Positions 55,501 to 64,000 of a stretch of 64,000 bases of DNA are shown here, in pieces. The notes under the pieces are model-generated. The model was not told the DNA's origin. It did no database searches and saw only the letters and a list, made by a program, of their open reading frames with translations. Within the stretch, counting starts at the first letter, position 1; each line of letters starts with the position of its first letter. This DNA comes from the human T2T-CHM13v2.0 reference genome, Homo sapiens. Location of the stretch: the NCBI RefSeq assembly GCF_009914755.1, contig NC_060941.1; one strand, given 5' to 3'. A program made the translations under genes and the position numbers.

Positions 55501-58500
55501 AACCTTCTTCGTGATGTTTGCATTCAACTCACAGTGTTGAACCTTTCTTTGATAGTTCAGGTTTGAAACGGTCTTTCTGTAGAAACTGCAAGTAGATATT
55601 TGGACCGCTCTGAGGATTTCGTTGGAAACGGGATAACCCGCACAGAACTAAAACAGAAGCATTCTCAGAACCCTCTTCGTGATGTTTGCATTCAACTCAC
55701 AGTGCTGAACCTTTCTTTGATAGTTCAGCTTTGAAACACTCTTTTTGTAGAAACTGCAAGTGGATATTTGGTCCTCTCTGAGGATTTCGTTGGAAACGGG
55801 ATAAACTGCACAGAACTAAACAGAAGCATTCTCAGAACCTTCTTCGTGATGTCTGCATTCAACTCACAGTGTGGAACCTTTCTTTGATAGTTCAGGTTTG
55901 AAACACTCTTTTTGTAGAAACTGCAAGGGGATAATTGCACTCTTTGAGGAGTACCGTAGTAAAGGAAATAACTTCCTATAAAAAGAAGACAGAAGCTTTC
56001 TCAGAAAATTCTTTGGGATGATTGAGTTGAACTCACAGAGCTGAGCATTCCTTGCGATGTAGCAGTTTAGAAACACACTTTCTGCAGAATCTGCAAGTGC
56101 ATATTTGGACCTCTGTGAGGAATTCGTTGGAAACGGGATAATTTCAGCTGACTAAACAGAAGCAGTCTCAGAATCTTCTTTGTGATGTTTGCATTCAAAT
56201 CCCCGAGTTGAACTTTCCTTTCAAAGTTCACGTTTGAAACACTCTTTTTGCAGGATCTACAAGTGGATATTTGGACCACTCTGTGTCCTTCGTTCGAAAC
56301 GGGTATATCTTCACATGACATCTAGACAGAAGCATCCTCAGAAGCTTCTCTGTGATGACTGCATTCAACTCACGGAGTTGAACACTCCTTTTGAGAGCGC
56401 AGTTTTGAAACTCTCTTTCTGTGGCATCTGCAAGGGGACATGTAGACCTCTTTGAAGATTTCGTTGGAAACGGAATCATCTTCACATAAAAACTATACAG
56501 ATGCATTCTCAGGAACTTTTTGGTGATGTTTGTATTCAACTCCCAGAGTTGAACTTTCCTTTGGAAAGAGCAGCTATGAAACACTCTTTTTCTAGAATCT
56601 GCAAGTGGACGTTTGGAGGGCTTTGTGGTTTGTGGTGGAAAAGGAAATATCTTCACCTAAATACTAGATAGAAGCATTCTCAGAAACTGCTTTGTGATGA
56701 TTGCATTCACCTCACAGAGTTGAACATTCCTATTGATAGAGCAGTTTGGAAACACTCTTGTTGTGGAATGTGCAAGTGGAGATTTGGAGCGCTTTGAGGC
56801 CTATGGTAGTAAAGGGAATAGCTTCATAGAAAAACTAGACAGAAGCATTCTCAGAAAATACTTTGTGATGATTGAGTTTAACTCACAGAGCTGAACATTC
56901 CTTTGGATGGAGCAGGTTTGAGACACACCTTTTGTAGAATCTACAAGTGGATATTTGGACCTCTCTGAGGATTTCGTTGGAAACGGGATAACTGCACCTA
57001 ACTAAACGGAAGCATTCTCAGAAACTTCTTGGTGATGTTTGCATTCAAATCCCAGAGTTGAACCTTCCTTTGATAGTTCAGGTTTGAAACACTCTTTTTG
57101 TAGGATCTGCAAGTGGATATTTGGACCACTCTGTGGCCTTCGTTCGAAACGGGTATATCTTCGCATAAAATCTAGACAGAAGCCTTCTCAGAAACTTCTC
57201 TGTGATGATTGCATTCAACTCACAGAGTTGAACCCTCCTATGGATAGAGCAGTGTTGAAACTCTCTTTTTGTGGAATCTGCAAGTGGATATGTGGACCTC
57301 TCCGAAGATGTCTTTGGAAACGGGAATATCTTCACATAAAAACTAAACAGAAGCATTCTCAGAAACTTCTCTGTGATGTTTGTGTTCAACTCCCAGAGTT
57401 TCACATTGCTTTTCATAGAGTAGTTCTGAAACATGCTTTTCGTAGTGTCTCCAAGTGGACATTTGGAGCGCTTTCAGGCCTGTGGTGGAAAACGAATTAT
57501 GGTCACATAAAAACTGGAGAGAAGCATTGTCAGAAACTTCTTTGTGATGATTGCATTCAACTCACAGAGTTGAAGGTTCCTTTTCAAAGAGCAGTTTCCA
57601 ATCACTCTTTGTGTGGAATCTGCAAGTGGATATTTGGACCTATTTTGAAGATTTCGTTGGAAACGGGAGAATCTTCACAGGAAAGCTAAACAGAAGCATT
57701 CTCAGAAACTTCTTTGTGATGCTTGCATTCAACTCACAGAGTTGAACTTTCCTTTCGAGAGAGAAGCTTTGAAACACTCTTTTTCCAGAATCTGTAAGTG
57801 GACATTTGGAGGGCTTTGAGGCCTGTGGTGGAAAAGGAATTATCTTCCCGTAAAAGCTAGATAGAAGCATTCTCAGAAACTACTTTGTGATGATTGCATT
57901 CAAGTCACAGAGTTGAACATTCCCTTTGACAGAGCAGTTTGGAAACTCTCTTTGTGTAGAATCTGCAAGTGGAGATATGGACCGCTTTGAGGCCTATGGT
58001 AGTAAAGGAAATAGCTTCATATAAAAGCTAGACAGTAGCATTCACAGAAAACTCTTGGTGACGACTGAGTTTAACTCACAGAGCTGAACATTCCTTTGGA
58101 TGGAGCAGTTTCGAAACACACTATTTGTAGAATGTGCAAGTGGATATTTGGGCCTCTCTGAGGATTTCGTTGGAAACGGGATAAACCGCACAGAACTAAA
58201 CAGAAGCATTCTCAGAACCTTCTTCGTGATGTTTGCATTCAACTCACAGTGTTGAACCTTTCTTTGATAGTTCAGGTTTGAAACGGTCTTTCTGTAGAAA
58301 CTGCAAGTAGATATTTGGACCTCTCTGAGGATTTCGTTGGAAACGGGATAACCCGCACAGAACTAAAACAGAAGCATTCTCAGAACCCTCTTCGTGATGT
58401 TTGCATTCAACTCACAGTGCTGAACCTTTCTTTGATAGTTCAGCTTTGAAACACTCTTTTTGTAGAAACTGCAAGTGGATATTTGGTCCTCTCTGAGGAT

Positions 58501-61500
58501 TTCGTTGGAAACGGGATAAACTGCACAGAACTAAACAGAAGCATTCTCAGAACCTTCTTCGTGATGTCTGCATTCAACTCACAGTGTGGAACCTTTCTTT
58601 GATAGTTCAGGTTTGAAACACTCTTTTTGTAGAAACTGCAAGGGGATAATTGCACTCTTTGAGGAGTACCGTAGTAAAGGAAATAACTTCCTATAAAAAG
58701 AAGACAGAAGCTTTCTCAGAAAATTCTTTGGGATGATTGAGTTGAACTCACAGAGCTGAGCATTCCTTGCGATGTAGCAGTTTAGAAACACACTTTCTGC
58801 AGAATCTGCAAGTGCATATTTGGACCTCTGTGAGGAATTCGTTGGAAACGGGATAATTTCAGCTGACTAAACAGAAGCAGTCTCAGAATCTTCTTTGTGA
58901 TGTTTGCATTCAAATCCCCGAGTTGAACTTTCCTTTCAAAGTTCACGTTTGAAACACTCTTTTTGCAGGATCTACAAGTGGATATTTGGACCACTCTGTG
59001 TCCTTCGTTCGAAACGGGTATATCTTCACATGACATCTAGACAGAAGCATCCTCAGAAGCTTCTCTGTGATGACTGCATTCAACTCACGGAGTTGAACAC
59101 TCCTTTTGAGAGCGCAGTTTTGAAACTCTCTTTCTGTGGCATCTGCAAGGGGACATGTAGACCTCTTTGAAGATTTCGTTGGAAACGGAATCATCTTCAC
59201 ATAAAAACTATACAGATGCATTCTCAGGAACTTTTTGGTGATGTTTGTATTCAACTCCCAGAGTTGAACTTTCCTTTGGAAAGAGCAGCTATGAAACACT
59301 CTTTTTCTAGAATCTGCAAGTGGACGTTTGGAGGGCTTTGTGGTTTGTGGTGGAAAAGGAAATATCTTCACCTAAATACTAGATAGAAGCATTCTCAGAA
59401 ACTGCTTTGTGATGATTGCATTCACCTCACAGAGTTGAACATTCCTATTGATAGAGCAGTTTGGAAACACTCTTGTTGTGGAATGTGCAAGTGGAGATTT
59501 GGAGCGCTTTGAGGCCTATGGTAGTAAAGGGAATAGCTTCATAGAAAAACTAGACAGAAGCATTCTCAGAAAATACTTTGTGATGATTGAGTTTAACTCA
59601 CAGAGCTGAACATTCCTTTGGATGGAGCAGGTTTGAGACACACCTTTTGTAGAATCTACAAGTGGATATTTGGACCTCTCTGAGGATTTCGTTGGAAACG
59701 GGATAACTGCACCTAACTAAACGGAAGCATTCTCAGAAACTTCTTGGTGATGTTTGCATTCAAATCCCAGAGTTGAACCTTCCTTTGATAGTTCAGGTTT
59801 GAAACACTCTTTTTGTAGGATCTGCAAGTGGATATTTGGACCACTCTGTGGCCTTCGTTCGAAACGGGTATATCTTCGCATAAAATCTAGACAGAAGCCT
59901 TCTCAGAAACTTCTCTGTGATGATTGCATTCAACTCACAGAGTTGAACCCTCCTATGGATAGAGCAGTGTTGAAACTCTCTTTTTGTGGAATCTGCAAGT
60001 GGATATGTGGACCTCTCCGAAGATGTCTTTGGAAACGGGAATATCTTCACATAAAAACTAAACAGAAGCATTCTCAGAAACTTCTCTGTGATGTTTGTGT
60101 TCAACTCCCAGAGTTTCACATTGCTTTTCATAGAGTAGTTCTGAAACATGCTTTTCGTAGTGTCTACAAGTGGACATTTGGAGCGCTTTCAGGCCTGTGG
60201 TGGAAAACGAATTATGGTCACATAAAAACTGGAGAGAAGCATTGTCAGAAACTTCTTTGTGATGATTGCATTCAACTCACAGAGTTGAAGGTTCCTTTTC
60301 AAAGAGCAGTTTCCAATCACTCTTTGTGTGGAATCTGCAAGTGGATATTTGGACCTATTTTGAAGATTTCGTTGGAAACGGGAGAATCTTCACAGGAAAG
60401 CTAAACAGAAGCATTCTCAGAAACTTCTTTGTGATGCTTGCATTCAACTCACAGAGTTGAACTTTCCTTTCGAGAGAGAAGCTTTGAAACACTCTTTTTC
60501 CAGAATCTGCAAGTGGACATTTGGAGGGCTTTGAGGCCTGTGGTGGAAAAGGAATTATCTTCCCGTAAAAGCTAGATAGAAGCATTCTCAGAAACTACTT
60601 TGTGATGATTGCATTCAAGTCACAGAGTTGAACATTCCCTTTGACAGAGCAGTTTGGAAACTCTCTTTGTGTAGAATCTGCAAGTGGAGATATGGACCGC
60701 TTTGAGGCCTATGGTAGTAAAGGAAATAGCTTCATATAAAAGCTAGACAGTAGCATTCACAGAAAACTCTTGGTGACGACTGAGTTTAACTCACAGAGCT
60801 GAACATTCCTTTGGATGGAGCAGTTTCGAAACACACTATTTGTAGAATGTGCAAGTGGATATTTAGGCCTCTCTGAGGATTTCGTTGGAAACGGGATAAA
60901 CCGCACAGAACTAAACAGAAGCATTCTCAGAACCTTCTTCGTGATGTTTGCATTCAACTCACAGTGTTGAACCTTTCTTTGATAGTTCAGGTTTGAAACG
61001 GTCTTTCTGTAGAAACTGCAAGTAGATATTTGGACCTCTCTGAGGATTTCGTTGGAAACGGGATAACCCGCACAGAACTAAAACAGAAGCATTCTCAGAA
61101 CCCTCTTCGTGATGTTTGCATTCAACTCACAGTGCTGAACCTTTCTTTGATAGTTCAGCTTTGAAACACTCTTTTTGTAGAAACTGCAAGTGGATATTTG
61201 GTCCTCTCTGAGGATTTCGTTGGAAACGGGATAAACTGCACAGAACTAAACAGAAGCATTCTCAGAACCTTCTTCGTGATGTCTGCATTCAACTCACAGT
61301 GTGGAACCTTTCTTTGATAGTTCAGGTTTGAAACACTCTTTTTGTAGAAACTGCAAGGGGATAATTGCACTCTTTGAGGAGTACCGTAGTAAAGGAAATA
61401 ACTTCCTATAAAAAGAAGACAGAAGCTTTCTCAGAAAATTCTTTGGGATGATTGAGTTGAACTCACAGAGCTGAGCATTCCTTGCGATGTAGCAGTTTAG

Positions 61501-62110
61501 AAACACACTTTCTGCAGAATCTGCAAGTGCATATTTGGACCTCTGTGAGGAATTCGTTGGAAACGGGATAATTTCAGCTGACTAAACAGAAGCAGTCTCA
61601 GAATCTTCTTTGTGATGTTTGCATTCAAATCCCCGAGTTGAACTTTCCTTTCAAAGTTCACGTTTGAAACACTCTTTTTGCAGGATCTACAAGTGGATAT
61701 TTGGACCACTCTGTGTCCTTCGTTCGAAACGGGTATATCTTCACATGACATCTAGACAGAAGCATCCTCAGAAGCTTCTCTGTGATGACTGCATTCAACT
61801 CACGGAGTTGAACACTCCTTTTGAGAGCGCAGTTTTGAAACTCTCTTTCTGTGGCATCTGCAAGGGGACATGTAGACCTCTTTGAAGATTTCGTTGGAAA
61901 CGGAATCATCTTCACATAAAAACTATACAGATGCATTCTCAGGAACTTTTTGGTGATGTTTGTATTCAACTCCCAGAGTTGAACTTTCCTTTGGAAAGAG
62001 CAGCTATGAAACACTGTTTTTCTAGAATCTGCAAGTGGACGTTTGGAGGGCTTTGTGGTTTGTGGTGGAAAAGGAAATATCTTCACCTAAATACTAGATA
62101 GAAGCATTCT
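10526..62110 (+). repeat. Nineteen consecutive canonical 16-mer HOR copies (U5-U23), differing only by SNVs
   Basis: Constant 2715-bp spacing of all ORF-track landmarks from 10884 to 62469; no net indel in any unit. Confidence 0.95.
43106..59395 (+). repeat. Tandem duplication of a 3-HOR block (8145 bp x2: U17-19 and U20-22)
   Basis: Marker SNVs pair at exactly 8145 bp: 44913/53058, 44923/53068, 45726/53871, 47462/55607, 49306/57451. Confidence 0.85.
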
Positions 62111-64000
62111 CAGAAACTGCTTTGTGATGATTGCATTCACCTCACAGAGTTGAACATTCCTATTGATAGAGCAGTTTGGAAACACTCTTGTTGTGGAATG
62201 TGCAAGTGGAGATTTGGAGCGCTTTGAGGCCTATGGTAGTAAAGGGAATAGCTTCATAGAAAAACTAGACAGAAGCATTCTCAGAAAATACTTTGTGATG
62301 ATTGAGTTTAACTCACAGAGCTGAACATTCCTTTGGATGGAGCAGGTTTGAGACACACCTTTTGTAGAATCTACAAGTGGATATTTGGACCTCTCTGAGG
62401 ATTTCGTTGGAAACGGGATAACTGCACCTAACTAAACGGAAGCATTCTCAGAAACTTCTTGGTGATGTTTGCATTCAAATCCCAGAGTTGAACCTTCCTT
62501 TGATAGTTCAGGTTTGAAACACTCTTTTTGTAGGATCTGCAAGTGGATATTTGGACCACTCTGTGGCCTTCGTTCGAAACGGGTATATCTTCGCATAAAA
62601 TCTAGACAGAAGCCTTCTCAGAAACTTCTCTGTGATGATTGCATTCAACTCACAGAGTTGAACCCTCCTATGGATAGAGCAGTGTTGAAACTCTCTTTTT
62701 GTGGAATCTGCAAGTGGATATGTGGACCTCTCCGAAGATGTCTTTGGAAACGGGAATATCTTCACATAAAAACTAAACAGAAGCATTCTCAGAAACTTCT
62801 CTGTGATGTTTGTGTTCAACTCCCAGAGTTTCACATTGCTTTTCATAGAGTAGTTCTGAAACATGCTTTTCGTAGTGTCTACAAGTGGACATTTGGAGCG
62901 CTTTCAGGCCTGTGGTGGAAAACGAATTATGGTCACATAAAAACTGGAGAGAAGCATTGTCAGAAACTTCTTTGTGATGATTGCATTCAACTCACAGAGT
63001 TGAAGGTTCCTTTTCAAAGAGCAGTTTCCAATCACTCTTTGTGTGGAATCTGCAAGTGGATATTTGGACCTATTTTGAAGATTTCGTTGGAAACGGGAGA
63101 ATCTTCACAGGAAAGCTAAACAGAAGCATTCTCAGAAACTTCTTTGTGATGCTTGCATTCAACTCACAGAGTTGAACTTTCCTTTCGAGAGAGAAGCTTT
63201 GAAACACTCTTTTTCCAGAATCTGCAAGTGGACATTTGGAGGGCTTTGAGGCCTGTGGTGGAAAAGGAATTATCTTCCCGTAAAAGCTAGATAGAAGCAT
63301 TCTCAGAAACTACTTTGTGATGATTGCATTCAAGTCACAGAGTTGAACATTCCCTTTGACAGAGCAGTTTGGAAACTCTCTTTGTGTAGAATCTGCAAGT
63401 GGAGATATGGACCGCTTTGAGGCCTATGGTAGTAAAGGAAATAGCTTCATATAAAAGCTAGACAGTAGCATTCACAGAAAACTCTTGGTGACGACTGAGT
63501 TTAACTCACAGAGCTGAACATTCCTTTGGATGGAGCAGTTTCGAAACACACTATTTGTAGAATGTGCAAGTGGATATTTAGGCCTCTCTGAGGATTTCGT
63601 TGGAAACGGGATAAACCGCACAGAACTAAACAGAAGCATTCTCAGAACCTTCTTCGTGATGTTTGCATTCAACTCACAGTGTTGAACCTTTCTTTGATAG
63701 TTCAGGTTTCAAACGGTCTTTCTGTAGAAACTGCAAGTAGATATTTGGACCTCTCTGAGGATTTCGTTGGAAACGGGATAACTGCACCTAACTAAACGGA
63801 AGCATTCTCAGAAACTTCTTGGTGATGTTTGCATTCAAATCCCAGAGTTGAACCTTCCTTTGATAGTTCAGGTTTGAAACACTCTTTTTGTAGGATCTGC
63901 AAGTGGATATTTGGGCCACTCTGTGGCCTTCGTTCGAAACGGGTATATCTTCGCATAAAATCTAGACAGAAGCATTCTCAGAAACTTCTCTGTGATGATT
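62111..64000 (+). repeat. Rearranged HOR (U24): canonical to offset ~1670, then jumps back to offset ~311 (8-monomer, 1360-bp register shift)
   Basis: 63781 reads 'actgcacctaactaaacggaagc' (unit offset 311) where 'acccgcacagaactaaaacagaagc' (offset 1671) is expected. Confidence 0.93.

Larger units (their letters stand above)
1..64000 (+). repeat. D17Z1: Centromeric alpha-satellite higher-order repeat array (SF3, most likely human chr17 D17Z1 16-mer)
   Basis: Tandem monomers anchored on 'agcattctcagaa'-like motifs at 166, 333, 503, 674, 845, 1017, 1188, 1359, 1527, 1695, 1862, 2031, 2198, 2368, 2539, 2710 (lengths 167-172 bp, sum 2715). The exact 2715-bp period is also seen in the ORF track (359, 3074, 5789...). 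CENP-B boxes TTCGTTGGAAACGGGA are present and there is one EcoRI site per unit (2155-2160). Alpha-satellite identity is certain; the D17Z1 call rests on the known ~2.7 kb 16-mer EcoRI unit and its 14-mer variant. Confidence 0.95.

Noticed and set aside
398-63672. All other short ORFs on both strands
   Set aside because: They overlap each other, recur at the HOR period and are translations of satellite monomers; there is no gene structure.
1-64000. Regularly spaced conserved motif (TTTCGTTGGAAACGGGA) as a CRISPR-like repeat-spacer array
   Set aside because: The intervening sequences are homologous monomers repeated identically in every HOR, not unique spacers. The motif is the CENP-B box and there are no cas genes.
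1-64000. Possible L1/Alu insertion, inversion or 13-mer/15-mer units
   Set aside because: Unit spacing is exactly 2715 bp except for the two variants described, and orientation is uniform throughout; none was seen in this window.

Overview
The whole 64 kb window is primate (almost certainly human) centromeric alpha-satellite DNA. It consists of head-to-tail 167-172 bp monomers organised into a 16-monomer, 2715-bp higher-order repeat (HOR) with one EcoRI site per unit. The pentamer-derived monomer pattern (suprachromosomal family 3) and the size match D17Z1, the chromosome 17 HOR array; this assignment is by recognition, not by database search. Taking 'cagaaactgc' as the unit start, units U1-U24 begin at 1, 2716, 5431, 8146, 10526 and then every 2715 bp to 62111. 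All copies are in one orientation. I saw no transposon insertion, inversion, RNA gene or credible protein-coding gene, and the ORF track is a repeat artefact. Each 16-mer carries 8 intact CENP-B boxes. Departures from perfect periodicity are: (i) a 14-mer unit (335-bp deletion at about 9600-9616); (ii) an 8-monomer (1360-bp) register jump at 63740-63782 whose crossover spans a CENP-B box and is flanked by private SNVs; (iii) a hidden 3-HOR (8145-bp) super-period in the SNV pattern; and (iv) mosaic SNV haplotypes and one CENP-B-box-disrupting SNV. I find no evidence for a previously undescribed biological system; the interest lies in array evolution. SNVs were read by eye and with the help of the ORF translations, so counts are approximate.
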